Source: a virus
Direction: 5' to 3' (one strand)
Virus record (IMG/VR): IMGVR_UViG_3300020220_004906
Location: 1 to 64,000 of that record
Length of the DNA: 64,000 nucleotides
In this document: piece by piece, positions 17,483 to 27,949 of the stretch
Layout: each line of letters begins with the position of its first letter
Position numbering within the stretch: the first letter of the stretch is position 1
Made by a program: the position numbers and the translations under genes
The notes under the pieces: generated by a model
What the model was told of the DNA's origin: nothing
The model's input: only the letters and a program-made list of their open reading frames with translations
Database searches by the model: none

Positions 17483-18196
17483 ATGGAATACGGATTTTTT
17501 TCTGACAACAAATTGCCAAAATTTAAACCTTATAAAAATTATAGAACAAATTCTTACGGATATCGCTGTCCAGAATTTTTAAAGCTTCGTGAAGGTGGAA
17601 AAAATGTTGTTGTGTTAGGCTGTTCGCACACATTCGGAGAAGGGCTGGAAGATAATGAGATTTGGGTAAATGTACTGGCTGAGAATCTAGAAGACAAAAA
17701 AAACAATATAAAAAAATTAAGATGGTGGAATCTGGCGAGGCCCGGCGGCAACGCGGATCAGATGATAAGAATCTTATATGCAACAGAAAATTTTCTATAT
17801 CCCAAAATTATAATAGCATGCTGGCCCGCAATCAGTCGTAGAGAACGTCTCGATAGAGAACCAGAAAACTTAACTAGTGATTCTGAATTTTTAAAAATAG
17901 AGACATCAGACACGGATAAGAATAATTTTTTACGTAATGTTTTCTTTTTAGAAAAATTCGCTCAAAAAAACAATGCTAAAACCTTTCATTGTTTTGCAGA
18001 CGAATATGTACCTTTGCAGGGAGATCTAAATATTTTAAAAAGCAAAACTATTAGGAACTGTTGGCCGGAATGGAACCATGATCGTATCATAATCCAAGAA
18101 CCAAATTTAGCCCGAGATGGGGTGCATTATGGTTTGGAACATCATCAAGTATTTGCTAAATTATTCCAAGAAAAGTTCCAAACAAAATTAAAGTAA
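17483..18196 (+). CDS. SGNH/GDSL hydrolase-like protein
   Basis: NSYGYR, LGCSHTFGEG, NLA.PG, DGVHYG (DxxH). Confidence 0.65.
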   Translation: MEYGFFSDNKLPKFKPYKNYRTNSYGYRCPEFLKLREGGKNVVVLGCSHTFGEGLEDNEIWVNVLAENLEDKKNNIKKLRWWNLARPGGNADQMIRILYATENFLYPKIIIACWPAISRRERLDREPENLTSDSEFLKIETSDTDKNNFLRNVFFLEKFAQKNNAKTFHCFADEYVPLQGDLNILKSKTIRNCWPEWNHDRIIIQEPNLARDGVHYGLEHHQVFAKLFQEKFQTKLK

Positions 18197-19201
18197 AGAT
18201 CTAAACTCAACAAAATCTTCTTTATTTTTAATTTTATCCAATATCGCAAGTAGTTTTTTATTTTCGTGGTGTGTCTCATCTGCAACAGCGACAGTATCAA
18301 AATTTGATAATGTATTCCAATCAGTAATTCTATTAAGAAATATTTTATCAGCATTATATTTTACGCCAAGTTCTATGAATGCTTCAATCTCATGATAATT
18401 TTTTTGTTGCACGACAAAATGAAAATGTATTTTAAAATCTTTGATTGTTTTTAAAAATTCTAAGTTTTCTAAGAGTTTTTCCCAAACACCTCCCTGTCGT
18501 AATTTTTCATAGGTTTGTTTAGAAGCACCGTCTATACTAATACCAATCTGCGAAAGATTATCGGTAATATGTTTAAATTTGTGAAAATTCTTTTTAATAA
18601 GCAATCCATTAGTTTGTATACTGTATTTCAAATTTTTAAAGTGTTTGGTTTTCAACATGAAATATCTATACACAAGACTGGCAAAAGGATCACCGTCGGA
18701 TCCGATATGTACCTGTATATAGTGTTTCTGATATTTTAAAAAATCTAAAACCTTATCGATTAATTTTATTCTTTTATTAAATTCCCCTCCGCTTTTGTAA
18801 AAAATTTTTTTTGTTCTACAACTAGGACAACTGAGGTTACAACTATCATCGATGGCTAACCTAATTTGTTTAATTTGTCTCATAGGTTCAACAAGTTTCC
18901 ATGGATCAGTGCCTTTGTTATCTAATAGATAAGCACAGTGCCGATTATTACAATATCGATAGGAATTATCTAATATTGCGTGTTGAAGCGTGTTGGCCAT
19001 ATCTCCGTTTATAATTTCGCCGAGTGTTTTAATTTGCAAATTTCCGGCAGATTGTGGCAACCAAGACGTGCATTCGCACAGATAGCAAGAACCTTGTTTG
19101 TCTATCAACACAGTATCAAACGGTCGAGGACAGCGTTTTTTTATTTTTAAATTTTTATTGATATCTATATTATACCAATCAAATAATCTAGAATTAATCA
19201 C
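18188..19201 (-). CDS. Radical SAM protein (SPASM/twitch-like N-terminus)
   Basis: CNLSCPSC, GDPF, TNG, SIDGA...YEKLR.GG. Confidence 0.88.
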   Translation of the reverse strand: MINSRLFDWYNIDINKNLKIKKRCPRPFDTVLIDKQGSCYLCECTSWLPQSAGNLQIKTLGEIINGDMANTLQHAILDNSYRYCNNRHCAYLLDNKGTDPWKLVEPMRQIKQIRLAIDDSCNLSCPSCRTKKIFYKSGGEFNKRIKLIDKVLDFLKYQKHYIQVHIGSDGDPFASLVYRYFMLKTKHFKNLKYSIQTNGLLIKKNFHKFKHITDNLSQIGISIDGASKQTYEKLRQGGVWEKLLENLEFLKTIKDFKIHFHFVVQQKNYHEIEAFIELGVKYNADKIFLNRITDWNTLSNFDTVAVADETHHENKKLLAILDKIKNKEDFVEFRSLL

Positions 19202-19392
19202 TTCTTCAAAGCCGGATTAGTCAAATGGTCTAGCGTCACCACTTCATTATCTGGAACCACGTAAACATCTACTGGTGCTTGTTGTTTGGACTTTTTTCGC
19301 TGTTCGCTGCGTCTACGCAACTCTTCCTGTTTCTGTTGTTTGCGCAGGTTTCGCTCGCCGCTCTGTGATTTGTATGTGTAGTGTATGCCCAT
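19198..19392 (-). CDS. Small basic hypothetical protein
   Basis: 64 aa; AGGAG RBS; coupled to the radical SAM start. Confidence 0.6.
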   Translation of the reverse strand: MGIHYTYKSQSGERNLRKQQKQEELRRRSEQRKKSKQQAPVDVYVVPDNEVVTLDHLTNPALKK

Positions 19393-19493
19393 TGAACATC
19401 TCCTGCTGTGTCATCATTGTTATTGTAATTATCTGCATGTATTGATGCTAAAAAATTACTTTATTATACAATCAATTTTCGATAAAGCCTATG

Positions 19494-20216
19494 CTATAAT
19501 AATGAAAAATTCAACCACGACGTAATTTGTTTACTGGAAATTTCTGCAGCGGTGAAATGATTACCGCTGGCTAGCATATAGGCACTGAGAGGATGATAGG
19601 GTGCTCTTGAAAAAACACAATCAGGACCAACGTGTATATGATCTGTGGCCCCTTCTATGTATAATAACGGGATAGACTTTTTAAATTTTTTTATAGTTTC
19701 AGGCATATGTCCTAATCCAGCTGGATTAAAATAGCTGAAAAAAATATCTGCTGGTAAGGTAAATTTCTTATGAATATCACAGTTAAGATCAATAAAATCT
19801 ATAAGAGTTTTATTTTTATTTCTTTTTAGATTATCTTCCGCTTTTTTTACAACATATTCATGATGTTTGTCCTTTTTGCACATAAGATATGGAACATGTC
19901 CGGGGGTAATGGCTACAATGGCATCAGCATCACCGATATGGGATTGATAGGCTATGGCAGCATTCGCTCCAAGACTGTGTCCTATTAACACCATTTTTTT
20001 TATTCCTTCTCGCCTATGCTGCTGAATCATTTTTGCTAAATCTTGCAGAGCCAATTCATAGGTTTGATCATATTGTCTAGTTTTGCTCCATGGCATATGG
20101 GGTTTTGCCACAACATAATTTTTCTCTCTTAAATCTTTTTCTAAAATTCTAAACACCGGAGTGTTTGGATATGACCATTTACCATGTATCAACACTGCCA
20201 AACAATTAGGAACCAT
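19494..20216 (-). CDS. Alpha/beta hydrolase
   Basis: LIHG, GHSLG nucleophile elbow, G..D, GNH. Start taken at MVPNC. Confidence 0.8.
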   Translation of the reverse strand: MVPNCLAVLIHGKWSYPNTPVFRILEKDLREKNYVVAKPHMPWSKTRQYDQTYELALQDLAKMIQQHRREGIKKMVLIGHSLGANAAIAYQSHIGDADAIVAITPGHVPYLMCKKDKHHEYVVKKAEDNLKRNKNKTLIDFIDLNCDIHKKFTLPADIFFSYFNPAGLGHMPETIKKFKKSIPLLYIEGATDHIHVGPDCVFSRAPYHPLSAYMLASGNHFTAAEISSKQITSWLNFSLL

Positions 20217-20295
20217 ATGATAAAGATATTTATAGATAAGTTTTTCAACAACCAAAATGATAACATTACCACTTTCTGCTCGATAATTACGCTAT

Positions 20296-21117
20296 ATGAG
20301 ACTGGAAACACTACAACCCTATGGTGTAAAAATATACGACTCATCAGCTGATCAAGTATTACGAGACACAGATAAGATCATCGACCTCATGATGCAAAAC
20401 AAAATTTTAATTTTTAAGAACTTTGAGGCCACCCCGGATCAGTTGGTGGCCATAAACAAAAAATTTGGCACACCCGTGCGGCACGCCAAGTGGAGGACCA
20501 ATGCCCTCAAAACACATCCAGAGATATATGTGTTGCACAATGACAAGACCAAAGGACAATTAAGTCCGGAGATCTGGCACATAGACCAGTCATTCATGCA
20601 GTGTCCACCCACATTCAGTTTCTTGTATTCAATCACAGTGGCGCGGGTTGGCGGAACCACGATATTCTCAGATCAGTCCGCTGTGTACAGAGATCTCCCC
20701 CTCGACATCAAAAAGAAGATCACAGGCAAAGTAGCAGTACACAAACACGCAACTGATTATTTTTCATCTGCTGTGCCCACGCAAGAAGAGTTGAAAGAAA
20801 TGCATGCGGACGATTTGGTGTATCATCCCCTGGTTATGCCGCATTGGATATCAGGAGAGAATTGTTTATTTTCTGTGTATGGTCACATACGACAGATATT
20901 GGGGCTCAGCAAGGAAGAGAGCGATCGCCTGTTAGAGGAGTTACGCAGATATGCCACCAATGAAAAATATGTGTATGAGCATCACTGGGACAGGAAGGAT
21001 TTTCTTATCTGGGACAACATCAGCATGCTGCATTCTGCCAAAGGAACAATTGACAGCCTCGATGATCAATATTCCAGAGAGATCTGGCGAATGAACAGCC
21101 GACACGGCGACGTCTAA
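20296..21117 (+). CDS. TauD/TfdA-family 2OG-dependent dioxygenase
   Basis: WHID, GGTT.F, HPLV..H..SG, H.W...D..IWDN...LH, R..WR. Confidence 0.92.
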   Translation: MRLETLQPYGVKIYDSSADQVLRDTDKIIDLMMQNKILIFKNFEATPDQLVAINKKFGTPVRHAKWRTNALKTHPEIYVLHNDKTKGQLSPEIWHIDQSFMQCPPTFSFLYSITVARVGGTTIFSDQSAVYRDLPLDIKKKITGKVAVHKHATDYFSSAVPTQEELKEMHADDLVYHPLVMPHWISGENCLFSVYGHIRQILGLSKEESDRLLEELRRYATNEKYVYEHHWDRKDFLIWDNISMLHSAKGTIDSLDDQYSREIWRMNSRHGDV

Positions 21118-21198
21118 TTTTCAATCAAAATTTCAGCACGCTAACTTACGCTGTCGCTTGTTGGAAAAAAATTGCGCTGACGCAGTGCGTCTAAAATA

Positions 21199-22890
21199 TC
21201 AGCTCTTGGTAAAATTCTCTAGCACGAATGTTTTGGCGTCATAGCATTCTACATAGTCGGAATTGTTGGCGTGCCTCACAGTGCCTTGTCCCCAGATCAC
21301 GTCCTGATCATGCAAGGACACAGCACGCTTGATTGTGACATCGATATATTGTCCGTTACCCACACCCAGCGTGACGAACGTGATGTACTGTCCCCGATCT
21401 CCACGAAATATCCTACCATTGGCTACCAGTCCTGCGAATTCAACTCGATCCATGTACAATTCTTTCACGTACAATCCGTCAAGAAATTTCTTGCCTGACC
21501 ACCAGCCGTATTTCCTATATTGGAACTGCGGAGTGTCCCATCGATCTGAGCAGGAGGGAGTAACTACCTCCAGTCCCGCACGCTTGCTTTCTAATTTGTA
21601 CACCCAGCGACGATAGGAGCCCTGGCAGTGCTTCATGCAGGCCTCCCAGAATTTCTTGTTGTTGTGTGCCTTTTGATAGGCCAGTGCCCAGATTAGCCTG
21701 CCTAAATTCACCGCGTGTGCTCGGCACAGTCCAAAACCCGAAAGGCTCTGCAGCATGGTTATTATTTCTGATTTCCTTGGATGGTTGCCCAGTCTCGTGG
21801 TGAATTCTAAAATTTTTTCTTCGTTTTTCTTGGCGAAGGCGCGTCTGTACATGTCGGCTTCGTATTTGTCTATGTCCAGCACTTCTGCTATTCTGTCTAT
21901 GGCGTCATCTTCATACACTATGGTGTCCTCCATGCGCTCTTGGCTCCAGTCATGGAACATGGTGGCCTTCTTTCTGCCGGACACGGCCACTGGCCTTATG
22001 AGGGCAGTGGCGAACACGCAGTCCTTCCTGCTGGTGGGTTTTATCGCTCTGAAAAGTCTCCTCATCGCGGGCGACTCCGCCTGGGTGACCCCCAGCACGT
22101 CACCTCTGCACAGCAGTTCTGCCGTGGCATCATCGCGCTCGGGATATTCTGTCAGTTTTGTGTGTGGGTCGATCTCCAGTAATTGGCTCAGCCCTCTGTT
22201 GGCCAGTATGTCTACCTTGAGGTGTTCCAGGTCCTCCACTTCGTTCTTGTCCAGCAGTATCTGATTTTCAGCTGTGAACAGGCTTTTTGGCAAGGCTCTG
22301 CCGAACATCAATATTCCGCCGCAGTGTTTGGATATGCATCTCTTCTTCCCCAGCAATTTCTTCTCTATCCTAGCGGCCTCCCTGATGTCGATGTTGAGAG
22401 ACTCATATTTGAAATTGCGAGGCAGATTGCCCTTTGCACCCAATCTCTTTGCAGCTTCTCTTCTCGCACTTTTGTCCCTGTACAGCACATAATTGGATAT
22501 CCTGGCGGATCTTCCGGGCCAGCGATCGAATATTCTCTGCATGACCTCCTCCTGTTTGTGGTGTGGGAAGTCTATGTCCACGTCCGGGAGGTCGTCCCTA
22601 TTGGGATTGAGGAAACGTGCTATGGGTATGTTCCATTCTATGGGATCCACATCAGTGATGCCCAACAGATAGCACACCAAGGATGATCCCGCGGAGCCCC
22701 TGGTCATGTGTGGTATGTCTCTAGTCAGAGACATGATGTCACATATCTGTATGAAGTAATCTACGAAGCGTAATTGCAGTATGATCTTGGTTTCCTCGGC
22801 CAGACGCTGCGTGTGTTGTTCCGAGTCCGGACACTGCCTGATGAATCTTTCGTACAGCCTGGTTATGTCGTTTAGTTCCTGATCTTTCAT
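21199..22890 (-). CDS. dnaE: Family C DNA polymerase (DnaE / Pol III alpha-like), lacks PHP domain
   Basis: RGSAGSSLVCYLLGITDVDP, RFLNP.R.DLPDVDIDF, SKHCGG, KVDIL, GFGLCRAHA; C-terminal OB-like region. Confidence 0.88.
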   Translation of the reverse strand: MKDQELNDITRLYERFIRQCPDSEQHTQRLAEETKIILQLRFVDYFIQICDIMSLTRDIPHMTRGSAGSSLVCYLLGITDVDPIEWNIPIARFLNPNRDDLPDVDIDFPHHKQEEVMQRIFDRWPGRSARISNYVLYRDKSARREAAKRLGAKGNLPRNFKYESLNIDIREAARIEKKLLGKKRCISKHCGGILMFGRALPKSLFTAENQILLDKNEVEDLEHLKVDILANRGLSQLLEIDPHTKLTEYPERDDATAELLCRGDVLGVTQAESPAMRRLFRAIKPTSRKDCVFATALIRPVAVSGRKKATMFHDWSQERMEDTIVYEDDAIDRIAEVLDIDKYEADMYRRAFAKKNEEKILEFTTRLGNHPRKSEIITMLQSLSGFGLCRAHAVNLGRLIWALAYQKAHNNKKFWEACMKHCQGSYRRWVYKLESKRAGLEVVTPSCSDRWDTPQFQYRKYGWWSGKKFLDGLYVKELYMDRVEFAGLVANGRIFRGDRGQYITFVTLGVGNGQYIDVTIKRAVSLHDQDVIWGQGTVRHANNSDYVECYDAKTFVLENFTKS

Positions 22891-22927
22891 TGCCTTTTTT
22901 GCCTATTATTGCCTTGAGCAATATTAG

Positions 22928-23629
22928 TTATCTGGTCAAAGGTTGTGCGGAAATTTTTTGGTGTTCTCTCAATTTACTTTTAGGTATGTCAACATCTCTG
23001 CGATCACAAGCTGCTTTAATAATACAGGTGTCACACAGCGGACTGCGTGATTTACATACCATTTTCGCATGAGTGATCAACCACATGTGGGCCCCATATT
23101 TGTATGATTGAGGAGTGGTAGCATTCACAGTGATAGATGCTTTGCTTTCATCCAAAGAATCCACCCAGCCCAATCTCCACAGCATTCTGAATACATGGGT
23201 GTCCACTGCTATGTGTGGCTGTCCCCAAACAAATCGCATCACGATATCTGAGCTCTTGCGCCCCACGCCGGGCAGTGTCATCAATTCCTCTTGTGTCTGT
23301 GGGACCTTGCCATTAAATTTTTCTATCAGCATCTTGCTCGTGGCCAATATGTTTTTTGATTTTGCGTTGAACAGCCCGGCCGGGCGTATGGCTTCTATAA
23401 TTTCTTGCTGGGTGAGTTTGAGCATGTCTTCGGGGGTGCTGGCGAGGGAGAACAGTTGCCTGCAGGCGACCGCCGTCCTAGCGTCCTGTGACTGGGCGCT
23501 GAGCATCACACCTATGAGGCTGGTGTATGCCCTGGAATAGATTTTAGCTTTGGGCTTACGATTGGAGTGCGTGGGATAGAGCTGACTTAGTTTTTCATAG
23601 ATATAAGATATGTCGTTACTGTTCTTCAT
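22928..23629 (-). CDS. nth: Endonuclease III (HhH-GPD glycosylase, 4Fe-4S)
   Basis: LSAQS.D, LPGVGRKS, AVDTHV.R, C-x6-C-xx-C-x5-C. Confidence 0.93.
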   Translation of the reverse strand: MKNSNDISYIYEKLSQLYPTHSNRKPKAKIYSRAYTSLIGVMLSAQSQDARTAVACRQLFSLASTPEDMLKLTQQEIIEAIRPAGLFNAKSKNILATSKMLIEKFNGKVPQTQEELMTLPGVGRKSSDIVMRFVWGQPHIAVDTHVFRMLWRLGWVDSLDESKASITVNATTPQSYKYGAHMWLITHAKMVCKSRSPLCDTCIIKAACDRRDVDIPKSKLREHQKISAQPLTR

Positions 23630-24282
23630 CGGAATGCAGTTCGTTCAGCGATTGTAGGGTCATTCTTACCAATAAACTTAAAACCGTCTAGACGATCCAA
23701 ACAATTTGAACATACGCCACACGGATTCATGCTTGGTTGGTGACATGACCTAGTCAACATTATATATTCTTGATATCCTAAATCATAATAGGCCTTGATT
23801 GTGTCCTCTTTATGTAGATTTAAAAAAGGAGCAAAAATTTTTTGATTATTTTGTAGATATAAATTTAATCCGTTGATCCATTCCTGGGAGGAGCAATATC
23901 CATATCTGACAATATTTGCACCAACAAATATTTTATCTAAATTTGGGACACTATTCCAGACCCGCAGTAAAAATTCTTCTTTGACCCCATTTCGTGTCAA
24001 TGTTTTATCATTGGTTATATCTATTTCAATTTCTTGATAGTTTGTAAGATTTAATTTTTTTGTTATTGCATTGACATATCTATGGTATATAGGCACCGGA
24101 GAGTTATCTGTTGTTACATTTTTTTGAGAAAATACATACACATTATTTTTACCATATCTTTCAATGCAAATCAATAATATTAATGAAGATTCTAAACCAG
24201 CAGAAAAAGATACTGCTATTTTTTTATAGATATTAGGAAAATATGTGTCTAAATTTAAAGAAATATCTTTAGTTGTTTCCAT
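23626..24282 (-). CDS. QueC-like PP-loop protein
   Basis: SAGLES (variant PP-loop), PF..L.K, TRSC-x7-CGVCSNC..R. Confidence 0.7.
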   Translation of the reverse strand: METTKDISLNLDTYFPNIYKKIAVSFSAGLESSLILLICIERYGKNNVYVFSQKNVTTDNSPVPIYHRYVNAITKKLNLTNYQEIEIDITNDKTLTRNGVKEEFLLRVWNSVPNLDKIFVGANIVRYGYCSSQEWINGLNLYLQNNQKIFAPFLNLHKEDTIKAYYDLGYQEYIMLTRSCHQPSMNPCGVCSNCLDRLDGFKFIGKNDPTIAERTAFR

Positions 24283-24285
24283 TAA

Positions 24286-25722
24286 TTACTGCTCTTCGTC
24301 TGAATGAAGATCATTTAACAATTGTCTCAACTTGCTGCCTTCCACTGTGGCTCTGATTTTACCCACTTCATCCCCCTTGGTTGGATCTGGTTCTATCCTC
24401 GCATCTGTGGCAGTGCCGTCTGGCGAAATTTTGCTTCTCTGTTTTAGATTGTCATATATGGTCGATGTTTGTTTTTTAAACTGTTGATACTCTGGATCAT
24501 CTGCAAGATCTCTTATTCGCAATGTGTCCACATCAAATTCTAGATCCACTTTCTGCCCTACGCCGCTGCTGCTCCTAGTCTTCATGAACTGCAGCTGATA
24601 TCTACCACGCTCCTTCATCGCTCGACTAGTGAATATACCAAAAACGTTGTCTGCTGTCTGTACCTTGCTCAATCCGCCCGCTATGTGGCTGTGGTCAAAT
24701 TCAATTTCCTCCACAGATGCCCTATTCAGCTGTGACGCTGTGGCCATCAGCATTTTGGATTCCACGGCCAAATTCCTTAGCTCCTCTGACACGTACTTGT
24801 CTTTGATGAACAGGTCTGCCGGTGATACTCGTTTGCTCTTGGGCATCATGAGATCGAGATAATCAATCAATATACAATCTATTTTTCTTTTAGATTTGAT
24901 CTCTAATTCTTTTATATATGTTTTTATATCTAATACTGTGCTGGCCGATGGCAAATATTTGATTTGCAGATTGCCTGATTTCTTAGCGAGCAGTTTGATC
25001 TTCATTTCAACGTTTTCGATCTCGGGAAATATTTTCCTTGTGGGTATATTAGTGATCATAGCATCCAATCTCATCGCCACCAACATCTCGCTCAATTCAA
25101 AAGTGATATAACAACAGTTCAAGCCAGAGCTGGCCCAGTTCACCGCTAGATTTTGTAAGAACAAAGATTTACCTGCACCTGATCCGCCTGCAAATATGTT
25201 CAGCTCACCGCGATTGAATCCACCAAACAATTTCTTGTCGATGCTGGGCCAACCTGTGCTGACCTGTCCATTAGAGTTTTTTAATCGCTCTAATCTACCT
25301 CGAGGATCCTCGAAGTAATCCGTACCCATGTCTCTGGTCAATCCAATATTGACCGCTGCCTTGATCTTGTCTTCCACAGGAGCATAATCACCATGCTCTA
25401 ACAAATCTGCAGATTCCAGTATGGCACGTGAGAGTGCTTTGTGTCGGGAAAACGTTTCGAACTCATCTAATAACCAAGAGAAATGAGATGGGTCTAAATC
25501 TTTTGCTGATTTTAATTTGATGTCAAACTTGGCATTCACTTGCTCAACTTCCGGCAATACCTTATACTGCTCGGCATAGTCTTTGATAAATTTTGCGATG
25601 GGTATCAATTTTCTATCAAAATTATTGCTGTCAAAAATATTCTGTGATCTAGCGTATGATTCCGCATCAGCCAATAACATTTCTAGATATAATTTTTGTA
25701 CGTCGAAGGTATAGTCAGCCAT
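24286..25722 (-). CDS. Replicative DnaB-like helicase (T4 gp41-like)
   Basis: GGSGAGKS Walker A, IDYLDLM, ASQLNR, TAD, KTR. Confidence 0.93.
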   Translation of the reverse strand: MADYTFDVQKLYLEMLLADAESYARSQNIFDSNNFDRKLIPIAKFIKDYAEQYKVLPEVEQVNAKFDIKLKSAKDLDPSHFSWLLDEFETFSRHKALSRAILESADLLEHGDYAPVEDKIKAAVNIGLTRDMGTDYFEDPRGRLERLKNSNGQVSTGWPSIDKKLFGGFNRGELNIFAGGSGAGKSLFLQNLAVNWASSGLNCCYITFELSEMLVAMRLDAMITNIPTRKIFPEIENVEMKIKLLAKKSGNLQIKYLPSASTVLDIKTYIKELEIKSKRKIDCILIDYLDLMMPKSKRVSPADLFIKDKYVSEELRNLAVESKMLMATASQLNRASVEEIEFDHSHIAGGLSKVQTADNVFGIFTSRAMKERGRYQLQFMKTRSSSGVGQKVDLEFDVDTLRIRDLADDPEYQQFKKQTSTIYDNLKQRSKISPDGTATDARIEPDPTKGDEVGKIRATVEGSKLRQLLNDLHSDEEQ

Positions 25723-25746
25723 AAATCCTTTTATTTCCTCATATGA

Positions 25747-26934
25747 TTATAACACATTTTCTATTTGAAGCCACTCTAAAAATGTTTTTGGAAATATTTT
25801 TAAATCGAGGTTCTTACGTCTTTTTGTGAATTCACATAGGAATTCTCTGATGTTCTTCCTTTCCAACTCGCTGGGCTCTTGTTTTATTGATTTTAATATA
25901 GGTTCATAAACACTTTTTGGTAATGTTGATAGATCCTGTGCAATCAAATCCTTGCTCTTTTTATCAATGATGTGCGGACTCATCATTCTTGGTTGATAGG
26001 AGAACGTCACAATTATTTTATGTGATTTGTATTGGTCGTAAAATTTTTTGAATCCAAACAGGGTGAGATTGGATAATGTTGAATGAAATTCAAAATTAAT
26101 CTTTTCTTTTTTAAATATATCAATCTTGTGAGAAAACTCTATCCATTTGACACCGTATCTATTAAATTCTAATAGTTGGTCTATGTTTTCAGAACTTATT
26201 TTTACAACAAGATTTTTTATTTTTTTTATTTTTCCTATCATGTTCAAAAATCTAGAATTACTTAGACCTAGACCTGTGTACATTTCTATCTGTGTCATAG
26301 CGGGTAGATTTAATTGTTCTAAAGTATCTATGAGAGCATTATCTAACAATGGTTCTCCACCAGTTATAACTAATTTTTTCAACTTTGCTGCAGATAGTTC
26401 TATCTCTTTCAATAAGATTTTGTAGTGCTCTGTATTTTTTAATTTTGATTGACTGATTCTCAACATGAACTTGTCTTTGATGTTGCCTTGATATCTATCA
26501 TCCTGAGAATCCGTTATATCATAATTGCCATTGGTTAGGACGTCTCTCCTCCAGGCATTGCTGTATTCTTTGCAACAGTATGAACAGGTTAGATTGCAAT
26601 CCGCTCCTATGGTCAAATCGATTATCTCTGGCCGTGTGACAGCTTCTTGGTGTGTTTTTTCCACGCCGCCCTGATACAACCTTGGGCTTTGTGCGCCGTT
26701 GTCTTCTGCTTTCCAGCAATTCTGTTCGCAACTGGCATTGCGTTCGTTTCTTAACATTTGCTCTCGTTCGAATACATTCACTTTGCTGTTAAAAAGATTA
26801 CCGGGGTTTTCTTTCAGCCAATCGAAATCTATTGAATGCGGAGCTGCCGCATGACAATTATATGTTGTTTTAGATCCTAAATCAATTTTTAGGAATTTAA
26901 ATTTCATTGAACAATAATAGTTTCTACTGTCCAT
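25747..26934 (-). CDS. Radical SAM protein (SPASM/twitch-like N-terminus)
   Basis: CNLTCSYC, ITGGEPL, E..RYG..W. Confidence 0.85.
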   Translation of the reverse strand: MDSRNYYCSMKFKFLKIDLGSKTTYNCHAAAPHSIDFDWLKENPGNLFNSKVNVFEREQMLRNERNASCEQNCWKAEDNGAQSPRLYQGGVEKTHQEAVTRPEIIDLTIGADCNLTCSYCCKEYSNAWRRDVLTNGNYDITDSQDDRYQGNIKDKFMLRISQSKLKNTEHYKILLKEIELSAAKLKKLVITGGEPLLDNALIDTLEQLNLPAMTQIEMYTGLGLSNSRFLNMIGKIKKIKNLVVKISSENIDQLLEFNRYGVKWIEFSHKIDIFKKEKINFEFHSTLSNLTLFGFKKFYDQYKSHKIIVTFSYQPRMMSPHIIDKKSKDLIAQDLSTLPKSVYEPILKSIKQEPSELERKNIREFLCEFTKRRKNLDLKIFPKTFLEWLQIENVL

Positions 26935-27943
26935 ATCCTTTTTTCCTCAAATCTATTTTTAACGCTGAAGATTCTGTAGATTTCAATATTGATTGTAGGG
27001 TAAACAATCTACCATATTTAGATACGGCGTCAGCAACGTCGATGACGCTGTGAGGCCATTGCGGAAATGCCACGCTCCAACCAAAATCCTTGGCCTGTTC
27101 TATAAGTTTTTGTCCTGCTTGATCTCTATCTGGCACAACAATAATCTGCCTATTTAGGCCTTGTATCAACTCCCTTTGTGTATCACCAATTTCGGAACCC
27201 AATATAGCAACCCCGCTCAATGATATGGCATCAAACGGTCCCTCCATGACCAACACAAATTTTCTCTGCCAGTCTTGGGCATCCATATTGAACACATATC
27301 CTGGTTGTGTCTCTGTCCAATATTTCATTTCTTTGTTACCAGTGTCAAACAATCTACCAGTATGTCCAATTATTTCACCATGCCAATAGAAAGGCACAAT
27401 CACCCTGCGATGGAAATCAGCAGTCTGATCTGGAGAATAATAAAAATCATACCAATCGGGCTCAATGCCTCGTCTCTTCAAATAATTTAGTAATTGATCT
27501 ATTTTTTCGTACTGAGCAGTTGTGAGATCCTGTGCAAGATATTTTTCTAACCAAATTTCTAACTTGTGGGAATTTTTAGGCAGTGATTTTTTTTGAAAAG
27601 TTATAAATTTTTTCTTTTCATACTTTATATCAGCTTCTTCATGACGCATAGCCTCTATGGCTAATTTTTTAATGGTATCTTCAGCGATACCTAGCCATCC
27701 CATAAGGGTTTTCATCTTGATGGACAGCTTACGACCAATGACATAAGATGCTGTATATCCACAATTGAAACAGTGATAACTGAGAGTACCGTCTGCAGAT
27801 GTCATTACTCCACCACGTTTTCTCTTATCGGTGGACTCCCCATTGTATACACAACAAGGTGCGTTAAAACTTAACCAACCCGATGGTGTTTTTTTCCTTC
27901 CGGCCGGCAAGGATGTCAGAATAGTAGATTGGATCAGGTTCAT
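26924..27943 (-). CDS. DNA primase (T4 gp61-like)
   Basis: Zn-binding PCC...YHCFNC; TOPRIM EGPFDA and PDRD.AG. Confidence 0.88.
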   Translation of the reverse strand: MNLIQSTILTSLPAGRKKTPSGWLSFNAPCCVYNGESTDKRKRGGVMTSADGTLSYHCFNCGYTASYVIGRKLSIKMKTLMGWLGIAEDTIKKLAIEAMRHEEADIKYEKKKFITFQKKSLPKNSHKLEIWLEKYLAQDLTTAQYEKIDQLLNYLKRRGIEPDWYDFYYSPDQTADFHRRVIVPFYWHGEIIGHTGRLFDTGNKEMKYWTETQPGYVFNMDAQDWQRKFVLVMEGPFDAISLSGVAILGSEIGDTQRELIQGLNRQIIVVPDRDQAGQKLIEQAKDFGWSVAFPQWPHSVIDVADAVSKYGRLFTLQSILKSTESSALKIDLRKKGYGQ

Positions 27944-27949
27944 CCTACT

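Noticed and set aside
21271-22686. Multiple + strand ORFs antisense to dnaE (similar shadows occur over terL and the sheath gene)
   Set aside because: They are shadow frames of GC-richer coding sequence with no motifs or expression signals.
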